DNA of 64,000 nucleotides, taken from Flectonema sp. DT1601 (Eukaryota). Position 1 is the first letter of the stretch. Each line of letters starts with the position of its first letter. A program made the translations under genes and the position numbers. Below, piece after piece: positions 26,560-37,353 of this stretch. The stretch spans positions 1,054,001 to 1,118,000 of the forward strand of contig OZ025787.1 of the NCBI GenBank assembly GCA_964019425.1. Reading direction: 5' to 3'. A model generated the notes under the pieces. That model was not told where the DNA came from and ran no database searches. It was given only the letters and a program-made list of their open reading frames with translations.

Positions 26560-28577
26560 TTAATCACCGTCATTGGCATCTGTATCATCTCCACAAGACC
26601 CTCCATCAGTTTTATCATCGCATGCGTTCATAAGTTTTATTTTGATGAGATCTTCATTACAACTTGTTGTATTCAGATGTAGTTTTCCTTTTGAGTATAT
26701 TTGATAAGTTGGGACAGCCTCAACCCAACATTTAGTCGCTGCGTCAGTCAGTCTGACTACATCAAGTTTTAGAAACTTCACTGATGGGAATTCAGTAGCA
26801 AGTTGCGACCATTTCGGAAGGAAATTAATATACGGTTGACACCATGGTGCTCCAAAGGCTATTGCTACAGTAGAGGAATGGTCGTTCAAACAGCGACGTA
26901 GAAATCCTGGTGAAGGAACGTTTCTGACTCTCTGAGAACGACGTTGGATAGACTTTGGTGATGAGAGATCGAAGTCATCAGTTGGATTACCAACAGATAC
27001 GATTTCATTAATATCTCTGGCTGCTTTCATAAGTTGATAAGCTTCCACAGGATCTGCACCTGAACTAGTTGATAACATTCCACCTTCACTAAAGGCTCGA
27101 ACTGGATCAGAGCGAAGTAGTTTTGCCACCTCATGAGCATCTTTTGAGAATGCTGTTGCTGGTCTTGGAGGAAGGTTTTTATCGTTTCCTTTTCCTCTGC
27201 GAAAGTATGCCGATGCTCTGCGATTCGATGGCTCTCTTATTTCAGATATAGTTTTATTATCTGTAAAACTTGTTTCATTAACACCGCTAGGTGGAGCTGT
27301 CGCTGGTCGTATCGTTCCAGGAGAGTTCTCATCACTTCCACACAATTCTCGTAATTCTTTCTGACAAGTAATTACTTTACTTGGATCTGTTTTAGAAAAG
27401 ATTCGCTTCTCACTACACAGTTGTCTCATTGTTTGATAAGTAGTTTTCTTTATTGGAGGAGGTAATGTTCTCCTTGGCATCACATACTGTCCTGGTCGTA
27501 GTAGTGATTCACCAATCGCACGAACATCTTCGCTCGCTAATTCGGTACTCGCAGGGGCAGGAAAGACACAATACATGTGTTGATTATCAAGCGCATCAAA
27601 TGCTCGTTTTGGTTCGTCAGACATCTTACTGTCGTGTGCGTCGTAGCGGACATGTTCACGACAAAATACGTCTCTTGCTGCTCTGCAATTGACGTTGTCT
27701 GTAATTCCTGTGGTGGGTTTGTTTAACGAAATTTCGACAGTGTTAACAGAGAGAAGAATAACCAATATAGCTACACACCTATAAAAACAAATTTCAGTCC
27801 CAACTTATCATAATGGTTGAGTTCAATGTATTTGTAAGCAGCATTGCCAAGCTCATGAGGGATACCAGTTTGAATAAGAGAATTCGTTGTGATGATGTCG
27901 AGAAGTATTCCAAATCGGGTTACGCATTCTTTAGCACTTTTTCTTAGCATTCTATCAAGTTTATGTTTGATCTGTCTGTAGGCGATTGTTTGAGTAACGT
28001 CAACAGTAGCCACAGCAAGAACTCTATCAATATGTTGTTTTGATAACCGATAGTGGTCATAAACCCAAAACCTTCCATTCGGATATTTCTGACTCTTGTT
28101 AGCAGCAGATGGCCTCAACAAAATATCAGCAGTTGATGTTCCTTTCCTTCTCCAACCTTCACCTTGTCTTGCATGCAAATAAGGTGCTGCTGGTCTTTGT
28201 GATATCGTTGTTTGAAAGCTGCTATTTGTTACGTATCCAGTTCGACCTTTCCATGTGACGCGTTTCCATTGTGAGTCAGAGTCTAGTTGACTATTTATTA
28301 TTATGGGTTCACCTTTTGATACGATGTAATCACTTTTCATATCAAGGTCAATAGGATCGGGTAAGTTAACAAACATGTCAGCATCAATAATAGTGTGACC
28401 AGTTACCTTTGGAGTTGCTAGTCGTTCTGTGCAATTACGTTGTGCTGTTGCTTTTTTCTGTGATCGCAACAAGTCTGGTTGTCGACCTGCTTCTTTCAAT
28501 AGATTTTTCATTTCTTTCTTTCGATCAGCAATTGCACCCAATCCCCATCCGTTATCTCTCCATAACAGATTGTACAT
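26560..28577 (-). CDS. Protein with SH3-like segment and C-terminal thioredoxin-fold domain (2 exons)
   Basis: ORFs 27771..28622 and 26560..27765 join in frame via intron 27708..27778 (GTGTGT...CCACAG; FI-G-ITDNV). C-terminus 'AFGAPWCQPY...FPSVKFLKLDV...VEAVPTY'. 'WKRVTWKGRTGYV' is SH3-like. Confidence 0.75.
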
Positions 28578-28961
28578 GTGTTTTTCTGTATATAAAATGT
28601 TTATAAAACACAAAGTCAGCAACGAGACATCAATATGAACTCTAAACTAACTTTAATATTCAATAAGGGGACGGGATGTACAAAAAGGGGTTATTTTAAT
28701 ATACTTGTACGGAACTAAAGTACAATTTTTTATAGCAAACTGTGTGCTATAGCAATCGATAGCCCACTTTCTAGATTCAAAAGTTTGAACGTACCTATAA
28801 TCTACTGGAAGTGAGCAACAGGGAGGAGGGGGAGGTGATTTCTATATTGGTTTAACACAGTCGAAAGGAACTAATTAATAGTCACAACAGTGTGAGTGGC
28901 TGACACAAATAAGATTATGTTACATAACAAAATATAAGAAAAAAGGGACACAATGACTACA

Positions 28962-30476
28962 TTATGTTGAAGCGACGGCTTGATAACGATCACTAAGAAT
29001 TTTAGTTTTTTGATAATTTTCTGATAAGGATTGAAGGATACCCGAGGGTTCAACTCCCTCACCACTTGGGAATGTAAACTCACCTCCTCCAAGAACGTTT
29101 TGCGCTTCCTGTCTGACTTGAATATTACTTTTAAAGTCATCAAATTCTAATTTCAACTTCTGATACTTGTCACTGAGTACTTGATTAGAACGTTGTTGTT
29201 TTTGTGTTATCAGAAGCAATCGTCTTTGATCTTTTTGAGAATCTTTCAAAACCTTCTTATCTTGTCGCATTACATTCTGCATTCCTGATACGACTTGTGC
29301 TCGCTCAGCTAGGATCGCATCTTTTTCTTTTTTTGCGTCGGTCAGTTCGAGTTGTTTGTACTGCAGCTGGACATCCATGAGAGTGAGTTTGGCCTCATTG
29401 GTGTGTCCTTCAGCTGTCTTTTCTCTGTAGATGTCGAGTTCTCTTTTTAAACGAGTTTGCTCTTCGACCGTGAGTTGTAAATCACGTTGTGTCAAGTCAG
29501 CAACTTTCTGCAGTCGATCGCATTTTGACGTCGTTTCAAATCGATTTGCTTCTAACGAATCTCTCTGCTGTCTGACATTATCACATTCACTTTTCAACGC
29601 AGATATCTCTTCCTGTAATGTTGAGATTCGTCTTTCATGTCCTCGATCAGATTTTCTTAATGTCTCTTCCAGGTCTCTTTGTTTTTCATTTTCACTTTGT
29701 AATTTGTGTGCTGTCTCTTCACTTTGTCTTTCGTTTGATGCTTTGTGTTGAGTTTCGAGTAATTTTATTTTCGTTCGAAGATCATCAACTTCACGTTGAA
29801 CATTCTGCAAAGAGGTTTCCTTCAGTAAAAGAGATTTCTCGGCGCGTTTTATTTCGCGTGCGGTGTTCGTTCGATTTTCTTCGAGTTGAAAAGTAGTGTC
29901 GGATTCAAGTTCTTGTAACTCTGTTGATAATTGATGAATTCTATCTTGACTTCTTAACTTATCAGATTCAAGTGATGAAAGTTGTTTTTGTAAAATATCT
30001 TTTTGAGACTCAGCATGAGAAGTTCTCTCAGAAAGTACTTTAATTTCAGTTTGAAGATGCTTCCTCTCCTGAATTTCTTTATGTACTTTCCTCTCAAGAC
30101 TTTCTACTTTTTCAGCTCCATCACGTGCTCTGTGAGTAGCGTTCTTCAACTCTGAGTGGAGGGCTTCAATCTGTCTGTCTGCTTCTTGTCGTATTCTAGA
30201 TATGTCTGCACCTCGTTTTTCGAGTACTTTCATGTCTTCCAACATTTGTATTTGATCTTTCAATCCATCGCGTTGCTGAACCAGCATTCGTTTTTCATGA
30301 ACGTTGTCTCGTATCTCTTCTCTCAGAGCGTTCAGTTCTTCATCTTTCTTCTCAACTGCTTCCAATGCCTTTTCCTTCTCTCGTTTTTCATCAGTGAACG
30401 CACTGTCTAGGAATGTGTAGCTTTCTCTCAGTTCACGAAATTGTGAAAGCAGCCTCTCGCATGTCTCACACGACAT
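28962..30476 (-). CDS. Long coiled-coil protein
   Basis: ORF from MSCETCERLL (ATG 30476) is E/K/Q/L/R-rich with heptad character throughout. No specific family recognised. Confidence 0.8.
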   Translation of the reverse strand: MSCETCERLLSQFRELRESYTFLDSAFTDEKREKEKALEAVEKKDEELNALREEIRDNVHEKRMLVQQRDGLKDQIQMLEDMKVLEKRGADISRIRQEADRQIEALHSELKNATHRARDGAEKVESLERKVHKEIQERKHLQTEIKVLSERTSHAESQKDILQKQLSSLESDKLRSQDRIHQLSTELQELESDTTFQLEENRTNTAREIKRAEKSLLLKETSLQNVQREVDDLRTKIKLLETQHKASNERQSEETAHKLQSENEKQRDLEETLRKSDRGHERRISTLQEEISALKSECDNVRQQRDSLEANRFETTSKCDRLQKVADLTQRDLQLTVEEQTRLKRELDIYREKTAEGHTNEAKLTLMDVQLQYKQLELTDAKKEKDAILAERAQVVSGMQNVMRQDKKVLKDSQKDQRRLLLITQKQQRSNQVLSDKYQKLKLEFDDFKSNIQVRQEAQNVLGGGEFTFPSGEGVEPSGILQSLSENYQKTKILSDRYQAVAST

Positions 30477-31811
30477 AGTGAGAGAGGAGCCTGTAAATAA
30501 TAAATAAATAATACGAACAATACTACTTTGAGCAATTTGGTGACTGATCGCGCAGGACTTCCCCCCATGTCTGACATAGACACAAACCTGTATGAAGATA
30601 GTTTTAGATTTAATTAAAGGCCACAATAAGGATGGCGTTGGGAAAGAACAAAATAACAGCGATGGTTGCGAACCGATCGACTATTTTGAATTTTTATTTA
30701 TTTATTTTTTTTTATTGTCCCGACATTGAAATAATTAACTGCATTTCCAAAAGATCGTTATGCCGTTTTTTTAATTTTTGTTTCGTTTTTTTTTATTGTC
30801 TGAAATTGTGAGTCTGAACCGAGAAGAAAAGTTTTTTCCTTTCCCATGACTGGTACAACAAGCCATTCACTAATACTGACTAAGTGCCCAGATAGAATCA
30901 AAAAATAAGACTGCAGGAAGGAAGTAATCGACCGATCGAACGTGGAAGGGGGTTTGGCAAACTGAGCAACAAAATGAGCGTCAAATCATTAAACAGAACA
31001 CTCTCTGGAACACAGAGTCAAACCTCCAAATTTAAATCAAAAAAAAAAAGACGAGAGGAGAAGAGATAGAAAGGGGAAAAAAAAGGTAACTCAAAGAAGT
31101 AATCTGTAGACTACCACTGAGTTATTTTATGTTGAACGTCGTGTTCGTGTCATCTCTCTCGCTCTCTCTCTCTCATTCGAAAAAGAAAAAAAAGAAGGGG
31201 GGAAAAAATCAGACAGTCAACAGGTTGGTATCGCTTTCTACCACAAAAAACATTCCAAAGCTGAGAGGTCAGCATCATTATTTGGTTTATTTTTTTAGCA
31301 GAAAGAAACAAAAATAAATAAATGGAACGAGTTTTTTTTTTTTTTTTTTTTGAAAAAAAAACGTGAGAGGAAAATAAAACGTGAGAAGGAAAATAATGTC
31401 AATATCGCTGCTCACTTTGCAATTGATCGAAGAAAACATGGGTCTCACGACATGCTTTTTTTAGTTTACATTTCGCATGATATTCGGCTCTATGGAATGA
31501 AGCTAGTGGACAAGGCTTCTCGTCTTGCTCAGTAACGCAGGATCTTTAGGTCTGAAGACTCCATGACCAACGACAAATAAAATAATGAAAGGGAGAAGAA
31601 AAAAAACAGCACTTCAAGAAGATTAATCTGCCACAGTCGGTACATGTGGTAGACGCTTTTGACTACAACGCAAACACTGTCACCTATGACTTGATTAGGT
31701 GTAATAAAGCAAAAGAAAACGGGGGGAAATGGGAAGACAAGGAAGGGTCGAAAAAAAAAGTTTTTTCTTTTTCGGTGAACGAGATGTTTGATTTTGTCAA
31801 ACACAACAACA

Positions 31812-34800
31812 TTAGTCGGCTTCCAAAATACGTTTTTTGATTGCCTGAATGAAGACAGTTCCGTGTAGTTTCCACACGCTCTCTACAACGTCGGACTGTT
31901 TCTTCCAAAATTTCATTCCAACATCGTTAGAAACCTTCACTCCTACGGGAATATCAAATGGACCAGAAATTCCCTTCTCACAAGTCTCCATATCATACGG
32001 AACATCAAAAGACCCGATAGCTGTACCATTCTTGTCTAAGATTGACAGTTTAACGTTAGTTTTCCAAGTTCCGTTTCTCATATGTTCATCATCGTTGTCG
32101 ACAGTGACAACTCCTCTCATGTGTTGCATGAATTGAGGGTTTAGTGTAGCTCTGTTCTTTTCATGAACTGAACGGATAGCCTTTGCTAAGTCAGCATGAC
32201 TCGCGTCTTCTTGTAGTTTGTGAATCTCATCAACAATTTCAGAGTTTAGTAACAACGTCGCAGCAATCTCCGTGTGAGAGTCTCCATCTTTTTTCATCTG
32301 ACGAACTGCTTGAATAATATTAGCGATGTCGAGAGTTGTTGTTTTGGCAAACCTGTTGTTGGTGGTGTTGTTGTTGGTATTGTTATTTATATTTCCACGA
32401 CCAAAACTAATGTTAAAATGTTAAAGTAATACACACCCTGACTTACTAGTAAGCGTGGCTGGTCCAACCTCAGCCTTTACCTTGAATGGTCCTTCCAGAG
32501 GAAGACCAGGAGGGATGTCAGTGATTTCATTGACAGTAGCCTTTAACAAATAGGCATCGATCCTTGAGGCTTCACCTTCTGTAGTAAGCCAAGAAGTAGA
32601 TAAGATGATGTTTGCGGGAGATTTATCACTTCCAACAACCGCAACACGTTCAAATACCGTGTGAGTTGGGCTTGATGAGACTTCGTCTTTCACACATAGA
32701 GAAAGATCACATGTTGCTTTGGCTCCCATTCGTTTTAAGGCTCTGATTGGTAGACCTTCGCGGACCAGATCAATTCCTCCACCGACAACTGATTCTAAGG
32801 AATGAACTTTTCCAATCATATCATCCTGTAAGATATCATCATCCATTACAGATATCATTAACCTTTGATCTAAATTATAAACAATAAGATCAACAGTGTT
32901 GTGAGTCGACTCATTGTATTCAGGGTCAAGGGATTTCACTGCCTTGGTAGTGTGAGTTTGACTTCCAAGTCTCATCTTTACATAAAAGTCACCAGCGACG
33001 TGTGATCCAGTAAGAGACCTGTCAGATGTTGGAAGGTGATGACAGCTTTCAATAGCGACTCTAATAACACCAATTGGTTCAGGGTATGCTAAATCAATAG
33101 CTTTAACAATTGGATCTAAAGGAATTGCAATAAAATTTGGAACACAACAAACTTGTGCCATTTGATCAACAACTGTCGAGGCAATAAGAGAATTTAATTT
33201 TGGAATCTTATCAACGACATCCGCAAGTCCCGTTAGATCAAAAGCCAACTCCGGAGGATTTGGTAACGTAATCTGAGCAGCTCCTACAAACGGTGATCTA
33301 TTTAAAAGGTTCGATAAGGCAATTTGAACAGAGAATCTGAACAAAACATCCTTCACGCCAACCTTAATTGTTGAGCTGCCAATTAAACTTTTTACATTTA
33401 CTTCAACTCTGACATCCATGTCAGAGACGAATGAAATATTATTTAAGATGATTGTACAACCGTCGCATTGGTCGGTGTTTTTCTGCATTATCTTATCCAC
33501 CCTAATAGTGTTCATTGCGAATGGCTTGTTGCCGATATCAAACTTTGGAATTCCAATAGTGACAGCTGGTCCTGGAAGAGTCTTTGTAACATCATTCAAG
33601 GCTGGGACTACAGCACCATGAACAATGTCTTCTGTGACAGTACGAAGTTGTTGCCAAATAGACATAATAAAAAAGTTAACCCACTCCAGTGTCTCAGCTA
33701 TGTTGATAACGTCTTTCTCACCATTTAATTTCCCAATGAGAACATCATAATCACCCCAGGTTAATGCTCCTTCTTTTAGACAGGCATCTAATGAGGATCT
33801 CTTAACATCTGTTACGCCTGCACCAATAATTGGGTTCTTGCCCATATAAAAGTCTTCTCTGGCTTGAACCACTGTCGCGTCTGCTTTTTCTTTCTTACCT
33901 GCTGGCCAGTCAATGGAGCACCACATGTTACCCTTGGCTTCCCAATCTTGGACGTAGGCTTCTGTGTGCCACCATTCGCTGAATGCCTTTGTAGGGTCGA
34001 GAGCATCAGCGACGAGGTTCCAGTTTGCTGGAAGTGTACCTGTTGAATTGATTGGATTGAGTAATTATATTATAATAATTGAATATAATAAACACTTGTT
34101 AGAATCATACCTGTGTTAACGATTGCCTTTATCGTAATAGATCCGTGGAGGGAGGCAGTTTTGCCTCCGATTTCAAGAGCGAATGGACCATTCAAGTCTG
34201 CATCTGTTCCAATTGAATCGTTTTTAACTACCTTGTTGAGGACTGCCATTGTCTGTTTGTAGTTGTGGTTGTGTAACATTCAGTCAGTTTAGAAATGAAT
34301 AAATAAAAAACACAAACCTTGTCATCACCATCAATAACGGTGATTTTGACGGCAGTTTCACAATTTTCACCAGCAGTGGTCTTCAGATGCATTCTTTTAT
34401 CAAAGTGAGGATCGGTTGCTCTGTGTCTTGATGATTGAGTAGCGGCAATCTCTCCATACCAAGTGTATAGCTCTCCTAACTTCTCGTAAAAGGCTTCACG
34501 TTCACGCAATTGTTGTGCATTGCATCCTGGGCTTAAAACTCCTTCTTTTCTAGCAGCCCAGTATTGTGTGCCTGCGGCTTTTGAGAAATCAGGATGAGCT
34601 TTGTAGTTATTCATGTACTTGGATTGCTTCCACCAGGTGCCATCATCATCGTTAACACCTAAGGAATAGTCAGTGCTGGTTTTTGCGATTGCTTTTTCAA
34701 TGAGTTTCTTATCACCAGATTGGATCAATCCAGTTATCCTCATTATGCTGTCAATTTGTTTTCCAGTTTCATGAAGAGTACGAATATCGCGAAGCATTTC

Positions 34801-36590
34801 CTCAGAATCAGCGAACGCACCCGGCCTGGCAATTCCAAGTTTAGCGATACCAGCATTGTTGATTATTTTATCGAGATCAAGATCTAGTTCAACCTGTTTA
34901 GTTTTAATTATATAAGATTACAAGTATCACATAAAGAGATGATGTATTAATACAAACCTTTGATCTTTTAATAGATTTAGAAGTAGTAATTCCATTAATA
35001 CTCGTCTCAATACGATATGGAGGTTTGAATGCTCCAAGAGGAACACCTTTGACGTCAGCTATGGAAACTGTGACAAGCTGGTCATCACCCGGTTTTAGTT
35101 CTGAATCAGAAATAGTTAACCACTCACCAGTTAGAGTGACAGTGCAGACCTCTTCATCTTCAATCAAAGGTTGACCTTCACGAGTGATGAATGGAACTGT
35201 TGCTGTTTTTCTTTTTGCGATTCGATTGGCTGGTAAGTTGCTAACAGATCCCAACAAAGTAGATCCAATTGGACCACTTTCATGTAATTCAATCACTACC
35301 CATTGTTCTTGATTATAAATTAAATAGTCAAAGCTATCATTCCAAACTGGTGTCTTTGTACTTGAAATGATCTTCGTATCATGAGTAGTGGATCCAACTA
35401 AAACTCTAACAAAGAGATCATTACCAAGGAACTGCTCTGGACAGTTCACTGCACGCTGAATAGTAAGTCGAAGGATTCCTTCTGGTTCAGGGCTTCTAAC
35501 CTTCGCGACATCGACTCCTTTGTGAAGAGAGACTCCCAGCAAGTTCGGGATGACTGCAATTTCGGTAATCTGATCACGGACTGTGTCCTGGATAAGTGTT
35601 TTCAGACCTGTTTTTTTAGTTAAATTATTGTCTTCTTAAGTTGCAAAAAGTAATAATTTCATAAACAAGAAACGTTTCCCTCTATTATGAAGATAGAGTT
35701 AGCTGGTCTATAATTAGTTCACAACAGTTGTTGAGGAGCTTTACTAAACTCATCTGAAAACCAACACGTTCTTGACTATTAAATAAAAGTAATGAATGCA
35801 TACCTGTGATGTTTGCAACGTTTCCGAATCCGTTTTCCCAGTCGAGTTCAATAGAGGGAGGGTTTACGAACCCAAAACTAACTCCACCAACAATAGGTAT
35901 TTCACCCATAATTGGTCTGAACCACATGAATAGGTTACCGATGAATGTGAATCCTGCGATTGTAATTTTAGTGAGAGGAAGATTTACTTCAGTTTTACAA
36001 TTGCTTCGATAAGTTATCCCGAGAGAGAACTCAATCCCACCATCTTCTTCTCCATCAATCCCACTAACAGTTCTCATTCCAAGAGGAACGAATGCTGGAG
36101 TGTTTTCACCCAAAGTAAAGTTAATATCAATTCCAAGTGTTTTGGATAGTTCGTTAACCTGACGACTTATTTCAGATCCAACAGATGGCCACATTACTTC
36201 AATAATTGTATTTAGCCATTCCATTGTTTCAGGAAGAGTGTACTTACGTCCAGGGTTTGTTGGATCCTCACCAGTCACTGAAGTCAGTCTTCGGATGGCC
36301 ATGTTGTAGTCATCGAGTCCCATCGCTCCCACTTCCTTCGCTCTTTCTAATAGTTCTAATTTACCGAGTCGTTTTGTGGCTTTCTTTAACTTTCGTTTTT
36401 GCTCTTTCTCCTGTTCTGGACTTTTTTTTTCTTCGCCAGTATCAGTTGGTTCGTTAGCAGCCTCCTCGACATCCTGAATGATTTCTTGTTTAACAACAGC
36501 TGTTGTCTCGTGAATTCTCGCTTGCTGTTCTGCTGCTATCTTTCCTCGCCCTCGTTTTGGGGCTTCCTCAGAACACCCACAGTTTCCCAT
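31812..36590 (-). CDS. Extended-synaptotagmin-like protein with two SMP-C2 modules (6 exons, ~1,432 aa)
   Basis: Exons 36590-35804, 35607-34958, 34893-34318, 34252-34111, 34039-32437, 32352-31812 join in frame (4,299 nt). SMP starts 'ETMEWLNTIIEVMW' and 'ETLEWVNFFIMSIW'. C2 motifs 'PEGILRLTIQRA...PVWNDSF' and 'PIGVIRVAIES...DPEYNE'. Confidence 0.85.
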
Positions 36591-37353
36591 CGCCCTTTTT
36601 CGCTTTTTTTCCCTGTTTGAACAAAAAATACTTTCATGAATAACAATCAAGTTCATCCCATACTCAACAATCTAATCACCAATATAATTATGTTAACGTC
36701 GTCACCTCACAGCAAGAGGCTGCTATCAGACATTTCCTTCTCTTGTTTGAAATAATATTAAACTATTATTCTGTGAGGTTTCATACACGCAATCAATCGA
36801 AAGAAGAAATCTACGAGAAGGAACAAAAGAAGACTGCTCAATTTAATATTTTTTTTTATTTTCACCAAAAGAACAGTGCCGTGATGAGATGCCGTATCTT
36901 ACTCACAGTAACACGATAACACGTTACTAAAATAAGGTTTTTTTTTTTTTAAAGTAAGCATAAATCTTTCCTTTGACAGAGGGACGGGGAAAGGGGAAAA
37001 AAAAAAGTGAGACCTTTTTTTTTTTTTTTTTTTAATAAATTTAGAAAGTTGGAGTTAAAAAAGGAAATCTATATTAGAAAGTTGTGGATACAAGTACTTG
37101 ATAAAAATAACAAGTTTTAGGTCAACTCAAAAAATTCTAAAGGGAGTGGTGGGAATGGAGAAATAAAATTAACAAACGGTACAAGACTATAAAAATAATT
37201 ATTTAATTTATTTTTTTTTTTTTTTATTTCTTTTGTATTGACACGTACCGAACAACGGATTCACAATCTGCATCAGATTTTGGTGATGTTGTTGTTTTTT
37301 TTTTTTTTTTTCAACACAAAAAAAAAAAACGGTTTCTTATAAAAACAATAGAT

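Noticed and set aside
27766..27778. Apparent stop read-through or frameshift between adjacent ORFs; alternative genetic code
   Set aside because: A canonical 71-nt intron explains the break, and the same holds for the other split ORFs. No recoding is needed.
28711..28765. Spliced-leader-like words and small hairpin (TATAGCA...TGCTATA)
   Set aside because: There is no contiguous match to the euglenozoan SL exon as I recall it, and the hairpin is too short to be significant.
28962..30476. Assignment of the coiled-coil protein to a centriolar family such as CEP83
   Set aside because: Only generic coiled-coil composition; no diagnostic motif recognised.
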